Of a stretch of DNA of 39,977 nucleotides, positions 26,557 through 34,431 are shown piece by piece. The stretch comes from Candidatus Woesearchaeota archaeon (GTDB lineage Archaea > Nanobdellota > Nanobdellia > Pacearchaeales > GW2011-AR1), in NCBI GenBank assembly GCA_964555925.1, contig CAZKUJ010000002.1:1-39977 (forward strand), in the 5' to 3' direction. Position 1 is the first letter of the stretch. Every line of letters begins with the position of its first letter. The notes under the pieces were generated by a model. It was not told where the DNA came from. It saw only the letters and a program-made list of their open reading frames with translations, and made no database searches. The position numbers and the translations under genes were made by a program.

Positions 26557-27822
26557 ATGAAAAAGAGTTTGATTTTACTATTTATTCTCGTTATTTTTTT
26601 ATTTCCGATTGTTACTACAGCTACTATCAATGCACCAAGTTGCTCGCAAACAGATGTGAGAGCTTTTGAATATACTCTAAAAGATATTCCTTCTGAAAAT
26701 TTAGCAGGAAGAATATTAAGTCAAATTGTCACAATCCAAGATATGTTAAATGCATATCAAGAATATAAACAAAATGAAGTGAGTATTTTATATTTTTTAG
26801 AAAAACTCAGGAGCTGGATTGTTTTTGACCTCCCTTCAGAAGAGATTATTTGTACAGCACATAATTATTCAAATTGTTCTAACGGAGATGTTTATTGGTA
26901 CGACAGTTGCAATGTGAAAGAAGAAATAAGATATGATTGTAATTCAACACAGACCTGTATTAATGGAGTTTGTGCAAACAATCTAATTTCTAACATCTCA
27001 ACAGAAGCAATAATTGTTGATTATACTTCTGCAGCAAGTTTTCAAAATATTCCTCAAGAATGGATAGAAAAAGCTAAAACAGATTTGCATATTGCTTATG
27101 GTCATACCTCTCATGGTAGCCAACTTATAACAGGTATGAATATGCTGGTTTCTGAAAAAGGTTTTCTTTATTCTTGGAATAATGGAGGAACCAATGGTGC
27201 TCTTGATATTAGAGATTATGCTAGTAATTTTGGGGGTTTGGGGATAGCTAATGATTTGGGAAATCCGAATTATACTGCATGGGCAACTGCTACTCGCATT
27301 TATCTAAATCAAAATCCAGATATAAATGTCATTATTTGGGCTTGGTGTTATCAAATGAATACAATCGAGGAGAACATAAATACTTATCTTAATTTGATGC
27401 ATCAACTTGAATTAGACTTTCCAAATGTTAGATTTGTTTATATGACAGGACATGTGACAGCAGGACAATTGTTATGCACAGATCCAACTCGGTGGGCTTG
27501 CGTGCATAATCTTCGTACTACACAAATACGTAATTTTGTCAATGCCAATAATGGTACTCTTTATGATTTTGCTGATATAGAAAGTTATGACCCAGATGGC
27601 AATTGGTATGCAGATAAATTAGTAACTGATAATTGCGATTATGATAGTAACAATGATGGTGTTGTTGATAGTAATTGGGCTATAAATTGGTGTAATTCTA
27701 ATTATTGTGTTCCTTGCTCTAGTAGTTGTGCCCACTCGCAATGCCTTAATTGTTATCTTAAAGGAGAAGCTGCGTGGTGGCTTTGGGCAAGATTGGCTGG
27801 TTGGAATGGAATATCTACTTAA
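26557..27822 (+). CDS. Array member 2 (chimeric): family signal peptide, N-cap stub and internal tail module fused to a Cys-rich domain and an unclassified domain
   Basis: MKKSLILLFILVIFLFPIVTTATINAPSCSQTDV is followed directly by IVTIQDMLNAYQEYKQNEVSILYFLEKLRSWIVF (nt 26728-26826). This reads through (DLPSEE...) into CTAHNYSNCSNGDVYWYDSCNVKEEIRYDCNSTQTCINGVC and a domain of about 290 aa (HIAYGHTSHGSQ, IIWAWCYQMN, FVYMTGH, YDFADIES). The track start at 26548 (MIL-) arises from a point variant (tatg versus taag in its paralogues). Confidence 0.75.
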   Translation: MKKSLILLFILVIFLFPIVTTATINAPSCSQTDVRAFEYTLKDIPSENLAGRILSQIVTIQDMLNAYQEYKQNEVSILYFLEKLRSWIVFDLPSEEIICTAHNYSNCSNGDVYWYDSCNVKEEIRYDCNSTQTCINGVCANNLISNISTEAIIVDYTSAASFQNIPQEWIEKAKTDLHIAYGHTSHGSQLITGMNMLVSEKGFLYSWNNGGTNGALDIRDYASNFGGLGIANDLGNPNYTAWATATRIYLNQNPDINVIIWAWCYQMNTIEENINTYLNLMHQLELDFPNVRFVYMTGHVTAGQLLCTDPTRWACVHNLRTTQIRNFVNANNGTLYDFADIESYDPDGNWYADKLVTDNCDYDSNNDGVVDSNWAINWCNSNYCVPCSSSCAHSQCLNCYLKGEAAWWLWARLAGWNGIST

Positions 27823-27840
27823 ATAAAACAATTTAATTAA

Positions 27841-27850
27841 TTTTATAAAA
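27841..27850 (+). promoter_or_regulatory. Array promoter copy 3 (TTTTATAAAA, 30 nt upstream of the ATG at 27871)
   Basis: Same conserved block (atttaattaattttataaaatctattttatta). Confidence 0.6.
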
Positions 27851-27870
27851 TCTATTTTATTATGATATTA

Positions 27871-29364
27871 ATGAAAAAGAGTTTGATTTGTTTGATTATT
27901 TCTATATTTCTTTTGCTTCCAATTATTAGTGCTGCGACAATTAATGCACCAAGTTGTTCGCAGACTGATGTGCAGGCAGCTGCAAATGCAGCACAAGATG
28001 GAGATACTGTGCTCGTGCCTGCGGGAACTTGCACATGGTTTACATTAACTTCTAATGCGCCCGCACTTTTTATAGATAAGAAGAACATTATTCTTAATGG
28101 TGCAGGAATTGGAAAAACAATAATAATAGATGAAACTAGTGATGCAATCGGAACAAAATATGGAGAACACCTTATTACTGTAGAAGGAGTGGCTGGAAAG
28201 CCATTTAGAATAACCGGTTTTACGTTGAGAAGATATACCATAGGCGATACAGATTCGAGTTTTATCAATATTAGAGGTAGTGCAATGAATTGGAGAGTTG
28301 ATCATAACGAATTTATAACTTCTACATCGTTCGGAAGCCCCGATACTTGTGTCGGAACAAGTGGATTTACTTATGGACTTATAGATAATAATTTGTTTAG
28401 AGGTATGGGTAGAGTTGTAATTATGGGTGATGCAGATGCTTCCTGGAAAAGACCCTTAACTCTTGGAACTTCCAATGCAGTTTATATAGAAAATAATCAA
28501 TATAACAACTCACTTAATGGAACTTATATAATGAGTAATGCAGTTGATTCTAATAATGGGGGCAGATATGTTTTTAGGCACAATGATTGTGATGGAGGAT
28601 ATGTAGAAGCCCATGGTTCCCAATGGGGAAGAGGAACATTTAGCTATGAAGTTTATGAAAATGTAATCAGAGATTCTCCTGTAATTTGGGTTCCTTTTAG
28701 TTTTAGAGGAGGAACAGGAGTGATATTTAACAATACAGCTTATAATTTTTTATGGGGAGCAGACAGAATAAATATTTATTATGATAGGGCTTGTGGACCA
28801 TCTGGTTTAGAATGCGCTTGTGATGGTACATGCTATATTGACGGTAATCAAGAGAGCACTGGTTGGCCTTGTAGAGACCAACTTGGCAGATCAACTGATT
28901 ATGGTGTGGATTCTGTACACCCTCAAACTCATGAACCTGCTTATGAATGGAATAATACAAATTATATTAATGGCGTACCAAGTGATATCGATTTTATTCC
29001 TCATTCTGGTTGTGAAAGAAATGCTATACTGCTTAAGAGAGATATAGATTATTTTAATAACACAATCAGAGCAGATTATATACCTTACATCTATCCTCAT
29101 CCCCTTTCTGTTGCTCCATCTGGAACAGATATTTGTGGCGAAGGTGAAATAACAAATGAGTGCTGGTGCGAAGGATTGAAATCTGTGGGTTATTGTTATA
29201 ATGGATATTATTCTACAGAAGAAGGAGATAGAATTATTGAGCCTCCTGTCGAGCAATTTGTCACAATCCAAGAAATGCTAAATGCCTATCAAAATTACAA
29301 AAGAAATGAAGTTAGCATTTTGTATTTCTTAGACAAATTAAGAAACTGGATTGTGTTTTGGTAA
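27871..29364 (+). CDS. Array member 3: secreted beta-helix-like protein with conserved 3' cassette
   Basis: MKKSLICLIISIFLLLPIISAATINAPSCSQTDVQAAANAAQDGDTVLVPAGTCTW. Rungs VDHNEF, IDNNLF, IENNQY, FRHNDC, VYENVI, FNNTAY. DYIPYIYPHPLSVAPSGTDICGEGEITNECWCEGLKSVGYCYNGYY. Tail VTIQEMLNAYQNYKRNEVSILYFLDKLRNWIVFW. Confidence 0.8.
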   Translation: MKKSLICLIISIFLLLPIISAATINAPSCSQTDVQAAANAAQDGDTVLVPAGTCTWFTLTSNAPALFIDKKNIILNGAGIGKTIIIDETSDAIGTKYGEHLITVEGVAGKPFRITGFTLRRYTIGDTDSSFINIRGSAMNWRVDHNEFITSTSFGSPDTCVGTSGFTYGLIDNNLFRGMGRVVIMGDADASWKRPLTLGTSNAVYIENNQYNNSLNGTYIMSNAVDSNNGGRYVFRHNDCDGGYVEAHGSQWGRGTFSYEVYENVIRDSPVIWVPFSFRGGTGVIFNNTAYNFLWGADRINIYYDRACGPSGLECACDGTCYIDGNQESTGWPCRDQLGRSTDYGVDSVHPQTHEPAYEWNNTNYINGVPSDIDFIPHSGCERNAILLKRDIDYFNNTIRADYIPYIYPHPLSVAPSGTDICGEGEITNECWCEGLKSVGYCYNGYYSTEEGDRIIEPPVEQFVTIQEMLNAYQNYKRNEVSILYFLDKLRNWIVFW

Positions 29365-29373
29365 TTCAATTAA

Positions 29374-29383
29374 TTTTATAAAA
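29374..29383 (+). promoter_or_regulatory. Array promoter copy 4 (TTTTATAAAA, 30 nt upstream of the ATG)
   Basis: Same conserved block (ttcaattaattttataaaattgattttattaagatatta). Confidence 0.6.
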
Positions 29384-29403
29384 TTGATTTTATTAAGATA
29401 TTA

Positions 29404-31137
29404 ATGAAAAAGAGTTTGATTTGTTTGATTATTTCTATATTTCTTTTGCTTCCAATTATTAGTGCTGCGACAATTAATGCACCAAGCTGTTCTTATTCAG
29501 ATGTTTCAGCAGCTGTTAATATAGCTAATTACGGCGATACTATTTTAGTTCCAGCTGGAACTTGTGTGTGGGATAAGATACTTACAATTACAAAAGGAAT
29601 AACTCTCCAAGGTGCAGGCATAGATAAAACAATAATTAAAAGCGATGGACCAAGTGGCACAGGTGTTTACACAATAGAATTTAATGCAGATCAAACAACA
29701 GCCACAAACGATTATCCTTTTCACTTGTCTGGTTTTACGTTTCAGCAAATATCTTCTTTGTATGGGAGCTTAGAATTAACAAATCAAGATATCACAAAAG
29801 CATTAACAAAAGTTGTAATTCACGACAATAAATTTATTGGCAGAACCGGTAGTGGCATTGGAATAGTTCATAATCATGGTGTTTTTGGAGTGATTTACAA
29901 TAATACAATCCAGGATGTATCACATGCCTGGCGCTTCCTCGGAGGACCTACTGGTTGGAATCAGGTTGAAGAATGGGTGCCTGGAACTGGTAATGCAATG
30001 TATTACGAAAACAATTATATTTATCTAACAGATGATTATTCCTCATCTCTAATAGTCAGTGGTGGGGCTGGAAATAGATATGTTGCCAGGTATAACACGA
30101 TTAATCTGTCAAAGCGAGGGTCTACTGTTTTTGCGCAATCATATGATATACATGGAAATCAAGAGAATAATCCTACAGGTGGAATTGGTCTTGAATTGTA
30201 TGGAAACCATCGCATTGGTACAAATGGTAGGTGGATAGATCATCGTGGTGGGCAAGTGTTTTTCTTTTTCAACAGGTGGAGTGGCAGTAGTGGGACTGGG
30301 TCTTTGAATATATGGGAAGAATATAACGACGACAATTTCATGGTAGTTTTCTGTCCTGAGGGGACTCGTTATGGCAGAACTGCTGACGGAAATTGCATTC
30401 AACGCCCCCGTGAATCATATTATTGGAGAAATTATGGTGGAGTTAATGGAATCACGCTTTCGAACACATTGAATATTCTATTTGATCATTATAACAGAGC
30501 TAACGGCATATTGAATGATCCATTTCTTCTGTTTGAAAATGATGGATGGTTTAGAGATAATACTCGTGCCTTTGATGGTACAATAGACGGGGTGGGCTCG
30601 TGCGGTTATTACAATGGAAATGCATGTACCAAAAGTGGAGTTGGCTGCGGAACTTTAGCGGAAATGAACGCAATAACACCCACTGCTTCTGGTCTTGGTT
30701 TTTGGGTGACAAACCAAAGCTGTACAGATTTAACAAGAATGACTGGCAGAAATCCAACTGTTCCGCTTTTTGGAACTCTGTATAGAGCTGAAAAAAACAG
30801 CGTTGGTAATTATGAATGGGTCGCGTATTACACGCCTTACATCTATCCACATCCACTTTCTGTTGCTCCATCTGGAACAAATATTTGTGGCGAAGGTGAA
30901 ATAACAAATGAGTGCTGGTGTGAAGGATTGAAAACAATTGGTTATTGTTATAATGGATATTATTATTCAGAAGAAGGGGAGAGAATTATTCCACCACCTG
31001 CAGAAGAAGAGCAACCCTCTTTAGGTGGAGTTGCCACACTTCAAGACATGCTCAACTCTTATCAAAGATATAAAAGAAATGAGGTAAGTTTACTTTATTT
31101 CTTAGATAAATTGAGAAGCTGGATTATCTTCAGATAG
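29404..31137 (+). CDS. Array member 4: secreted beta-helix-like protein with conserved 3' cassette
   Basis: The first 83 nt are identical to member 3. Rungs IHDNKF, IYNNTI, YENNYI, ARYNTI, LYGNHR, FFNRW. The 3' cassette from 30826 is a chimera of a member-7-like tract and a member-1-like tract. Confidence 0.8.
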   Translation: MKKSLICLIISIFLLLPIISAATINAPSCSYSDVSAAVNIANYGDTILVPAGTCVWDKILTITKGITLQGAGIDKTIIKSDGPSGTGVYTIEFNADQTTATNDYPFHLSGFTFQQISSLYGSLELTNQDITKALTKVVIHDNKFIGRTGSGIGIVHNHGVFGVIYNNTIQDVSHAWRFLGGPTGWNQVEEWVPGTGNAMYYENNYIYLTDDYSSSLIVSGGAGNRYVARYNTINLSKRGSTVFAQSYDIHGNQENNPTGGIGLELYGNHRIGTNGRWIDHRGGQVFFFFNRWSGSSGTGSLNIWEEYNDDNFMVVFCPEGTRYGRTADGNCIQRPRESYYWRNYGGVNGITLSNTLNILFDHYNRANGILNDPFLLFENDGWFRDNTRAFDGTIDGVGSCGYYNGNACTKSGVGCGTLAEMNAITPTASGLGFWVTNQSCTDLTRMTGRNPTVPLFGTLYRAEKNSVGNYEWVAYYTPYIYPHPLSVAPSGTNICGEGEITNECWCEGLKTIGYCYNGYYYSEEGERIIPPPAEEEQPSLGGVATLQDMLNSYQRYKRNEVSLLYFLDKLRSWIIFR

Positions 31138-31146
31138 TTTAATTAA

Positions 31147-31156
31147 TTTTATAAAA
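31147..31156 (+). promoter_or_regulatory. Array promoter copy 5 (TTTTATAAAA, 30 nt upstream of the ATG)
   Basis: tttaattaattttataaaatatgttttcttggaatagaa. The downstream half is shared with copy 8. Confidence 0.6.
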
Positions 31157-31176
31157 TATGTTTTCTTGGAATAGAA

Positions 31177-32985
31177 ATGAAAAAGAGTTTTTTTGTTTGG
31201 ATTATATTGCTTTTTTTGATATTACCTCTTGTCAAAGCAGCAACCATCAACGCAAATTCATGCAACCTGGCAGATATTCAGAATGCTATTAATAGCGCAA
31301 GTTCTGGAGACACAATCATGGTGCCTGCGGGAAACTGCATATGGACTAGCACTCTTACGATTACCAAAGGCATTGCTCTTATCGGTGCAGGGGTGGGAAA
31401 AACCATCATTGATAAAACTACGAGTGGCGATATAATCAGTTACACCCTCCAAGAGCCCTTGGTCTATTCATCTTTTAGACTTTCAGGAATAGAATTTAAT
31501 CTGAACAACATAGCTTCAGGCCCCTATATTGACAATCCATCCCCTTATCATGAGCCAAGAATTCGCATAGACCATAATTATTTCTTAAACTGCGCAGGCC
31601 ATTCATGGAGATTGCAAGGCCAGGTTTATGGGGTGGTAGATAATAATCTTTTCACTGGAAACGCTTGGCAGCGCAGATATGGCAGTAATTCAATAAGTTG
31701 GAACAATATAGCTTATTCTTATGGTGGCGAAAAAAATTTATATGTGGAAGATAACATCATAGTCCAGAGCAAGTATGACGGATTGAACCAGTTAGGATTG
31801 GGATCTATACTTGTAGAGCGTTATAATACAATAAATTATACGAACCCGACTAGCAGTAGCAATTTTTATCCTTGGGATTCCCACGGAAATCAGGACTGGA
31901 ACTCAAACGATGCAGCTATGGGCAGAGAAATTTATGGCAACAAGATTGATGCTAATAATAAGAATGTCAAGCTCTTCTACCATCGTGGGGGCATGGCCCT
32001 GCTTTTCTGGAATAAGATAGTAAATTCCGGCTCGACATGGATAACTTTACAGGAAGAATGTGATGATTGCTCTTATGGCCATACGTGTGCTATTTGCAAC
32101 CCAAAACCAGCATGTAGCCCAAATGAGCAGCCTCAGCATGTTAGTGATTCTTATTATTGGAACAACAGATTTGGAAAGACCGGAACATCATTGGTTGTTG
32201 ACATAAGTTTGTCCAACTCGGATTCTGATTGTTCAGTGCGTAATTATTTAATCGCAGAAGACGTGGATGTTTTCTGGAATAAGGTGCCTTTTACTGGCAG
32301 TTCAGGAGTTGGATGTGGTACTTTGGCTAATAGACCTTCTACTTGTAATGTTGGTGTTGGATATTGGGCAACAGAACAAGATTGTTCTGGACTCGATGAC
32401 AAGAATGTAGGCGCAAATCCAACCGAGCCAATAACAGGGGTGCTTTATAAGTGTGGAAGCAACAATAATTGGATACCTTATTACACACCTTTTGTATATC
32501 CACACCCAATAAGGACAGATTGTGTCAGTTATCCTCTTCTTTGCGATTCTGATTTATCTTCTCCTTTTATTGATACAACTTCACCAATAAGGACTTCAGG
32601 ATATCCAACTGGGAATTTAAGTTCAGGAACAACTTCAATAACAATTGGATTAATAACAAATGAGGTAGCAACATGCAGATATTCAACAGCACCAGGAGTT
32701 TCTTATAGTTCAATGACAAATACTTTTTCAACAACAGGTTCAACAAGTCATTCAACATTAATAACAGGATTACAAAACGGAAACACTTACAATTATTATG
32801 TAAAATGCATTGATTCTTCTGAAAATGCAAATATCAATGATTATTTGATTAGTTTTAGTGTTTCTCCAACACCAAAAATAATTACCCTTCAGAATATGCT
32901 GAATGCATATCAAGAATACAAAAGAAATGAAGTTAGTATTCTGTATTTTTTGGATAAATTAAAAAATTGGATTGTGTTTTGGTAG
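31177..32985 (+). CDS. Array member 5: secreted beta-helix-like protein with an Ig/Fn3-like module in place of the Cys-knot, plus the family tail
   Basis: MKKSFFVWIILLFLILPLVKAATINANSCNLADIQNAINSASSGDTIMVPAGNCIW. Rungs IDHNYF, VDNNLF, VEDNII, VERYNTI, IYGNKI, FWNKI. YYTPFVYPHPIR is followed by about 115 aa of S/T-rich beta-sandwich-like sequence (ATCRYSTAPGVSYSSMTNTFSTTGSTSHSTLITGLQNGNTYNYYVKCIDSSENAN), then the tail ITLQNMLNAYQEYKRNEVSILYFLDKLKNWIVFW. Confidence 0.8.
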   Translation: MKKSFFVWIILLFLILPLVKAATINANSCNLADIQNAINSASSGDTIMVPAGNCIWTSTLTITKGIALIGAGVGKTIIDKTTSGDIISYTLQEPLVYSSFRLSGIEFNLNNIASGPYIDNPSPYHEPRIRIDHNYFLNCAGHSWRLQGQVYGVVDNNLFTGNAWQRRYGSNSISWNNIAYSYGGEKNLYVEDNIIVQSKYDGLNQLGLGSILVERYNTINYTNPTSSSNFYPWDSHGNQDWNSNDAAMGREIYGNKIDANNKNVKLFYHRGGMALLFWNKIVNSGSTWITLQEECDDCSYGHTCAICNPKPACSPNEQPQHVSDSYYWNNRFGKTGTSLVVDISLSNSDSDCSVRNYLIAEDVDVFWNKVPFTGSSGVGCGTLANRPSTCNVGVGYWATEQDCSGLDDKNVGANPTEPITGVLYKCGSNNNWIPYYTPFVYPHPIRTDCVSYPLLCDSDLSSPFIDTTSPIRTSGYPTGNLSSGTTSITIGLITNEVATCRYSTAPGVSYSSMTNTFSTTGSTSHSTLITGLQNGNTYNYYVKCIDSSENANINDYLISFSVSPTPKIITLQNMLNAYQEYKRNEVSILYFLDKLKNWIVFW

Positions 32986-32994
32986 CTTAATTAA

Positions 32995-33004
32995 TTTTAT
33001 AAAC
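32995..33004 (+). promoter_or_regulatory. Array promoter copy 6 (TTTTATAAAC, 31 nt upstream of the ATG at 33026)
   Basis: The same gcttaattaattttataaa block drives the non-family gene embedded in the array. Confidence 0.55.
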
Positions 33005-33025
33005 TAAAATATCTTATCATAATGA

Positions 33026-34393
33026 ATGGATTATAAAGAGGGAAATAGGAAAGACGACGAAATTTTGAATTGGCATAGCAACAGAATTTCTTCTCACACA
33101 AGGAAATTGATTTTATTCTCTGTAATTATTTTTATTTTTTTGGCTGTTATTTTATCTTTTATTATTATACGTTATTATGATTATTCTTCAAGTCCTGAAA
33201 AAGAATTAGGTCTTGGAGCAAACATTTTAAATGCAGAATTAAATGAAGAAGAAAATAGTATCTATATTGCTTTAGAAGGAGGAAGTAAAGATAAAGAGAT
33301 TTCAGGTATTCGTTTTAATTTTGGAGATGACCAAGGAAAAACTTTTTCTTATTACACCACAGAAGGTGCAAACAATATTTCCTTGGATTATGAAATTTCC
33401 TTTTTAAGTTCATTGTTTAAAAAGCAGAAATTTAATGGTTTTTATGATTATGTGATTACTGCAGATGATTTAGGTTTATCCAGCTTAGGGGGTATTATAA
33501 GAGTTAGTGTGGAATTTATCTATAAAACTTTTGATGCAGGTGGGGGAAGCGTGGAGAAACCAACGCCTCTTTTAGATACAACTTCTGTTACAACCTCTTC
33601 TGGAGGTGGCGGAGGAAGTTCTTCTACAACAGATGAAGGCACAACAGAACCAACCACAACTATTTTTAATGAAACAGAAGAAACATTAGAATACGTTTAC
33701 ATTAATTTCTCTTCAGATAATAAACAATATTTTGAGATAAAAAATAATCTTTATTTTATTTTAGATATCTCAAATGAATCTGTGTCTAGTTTTGATTTTT
33801 ATGTTAATAGTAGTCAACAGCCACAAATATCTGTCACTAATGCAACAATTAGAATAAATGATTCCAGTAGTAGCACGCTTCTTCTAAAACTTCATAGACC
33901 AACCATCACTAATGTTAGCATATATAATACAAGTCAAACAAATATTTGGAGAGGAACTTTTAACTTCTCTTCTCCTTCAAACACACTTCTTTATTCAATT
34001 TACAATCTTAGTAGTTATCTTGATCAACCAATTAGTCAATATGTTTCAGGAAGCAATTCTTGTTATGGAATTTATACTTTCTATAACACTTCCTCAGTTG
34101 TCATGATGTGTGCATTAATGGACACAAGCACCCTAAGCTATACAATTCCCTCTGGAACTAATGTTAAAAATTATATCACAAGAGTAATTCCTGGAGGAGC
34201 AACTTATAGTGTAACAAACAATGATTCTTCAGATAATTACTTAAGTTCTTCAAATGGAGTTCTTAATTTTACTTCTTCAAGTGGAAATGTAAGTATATCT
34301 CTGGTTTCACAACCATCTATTACCGGGGGAGTTATTGGAGCATTAAAAAGAGATTTTTCTTCAATTATAAATTGGTTTAAGGAAATCTTTTAG
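33026..34393 (+). CDS. Embedded non-family gene: N-terminally anchored, sequon-rich (likely N-glycosylated) pilin-like surface protein
   Basis: 455 aa with a TM anchor (LILFSVIIFIFLAVILSFIII). A post-anchor module SIYIALEGGSKDKEISGIRFNFGDDQGKTFSYY resembles EVKVDVRRSPGGGDLIGIKFIFLDDSGSSH of the pilin-like gene at 10030. It has a linker TSSGGGGGSSSTTDEGTTEPTTT and at least 15 N-x-S/T sequons in the C-terminal half. Confidence 0.7.
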   Translation: MDYKEGNRKDDEILNWHSNRISSHTRKLILFSVIIFIFLAVILSFIIIRYYDYSSSPEKELGLGANILNAELNEEENSIYIALEGGSKDKEISGIRFNFGDDQGKTFSYYTTEGANNISLDYEISFLSSLFKKQKFNGFYDYVITADDLGLSSLGGIIRVSVEFIYKTFDAGGGSVEKPTPLLDTTSVTTSSGGGGGSSSTTDEGTTEPTTTIFNETEETLEYVYINFSSDNKQYFEIKNNLYFILDISNESVSSFDFYVNSSQQPQISVTNATIRINDSSSSTLLLKLHRPTITNVSIYNTSQTNIWRGTFNFSSPSNTLLYSIYNLSSYLDQPISQYVSGSNSCYGIYTFYNTSSVVMMCALMDTSTLSYTIPSGTNVKNYITRVIPGGATYSVTNNDSSDNYLSSSNGVLNFTSSSGNVSISLVSQPSITGGVIGALKRDFSSIINWFKEIF

Positions 34394-34401
34394 ATAATTA
34401 A

Positions 34402-34411
34402 TTTTATAAAA
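34402..34411 (+). promoter_or_regulatory. Array promoter copy 7 (TTTTATAAAA, 30 nt upstream of the ATG)
   Basis: ataattaattttataaaatctattttattaagatatta is nearly identical to copies 1 and 3. Confidence 0.6.
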
Positions 34412-34431
34412 TCTATTTTATTAAGATATTA

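Noticed and set aside
26548-27870. Upstream ATGs giving MIL-MKKSL starts for members 2 and 3 (26548, 27862)
   Set aside because: They arise from a single a-to-t variant (ttattaTGatatta versus ttattaAGatatta in members 1, 4 and 6). They lie too close to the TATA box. The conserved MKKSL ATG, 30 nt from the TATA box, is taken as the start.
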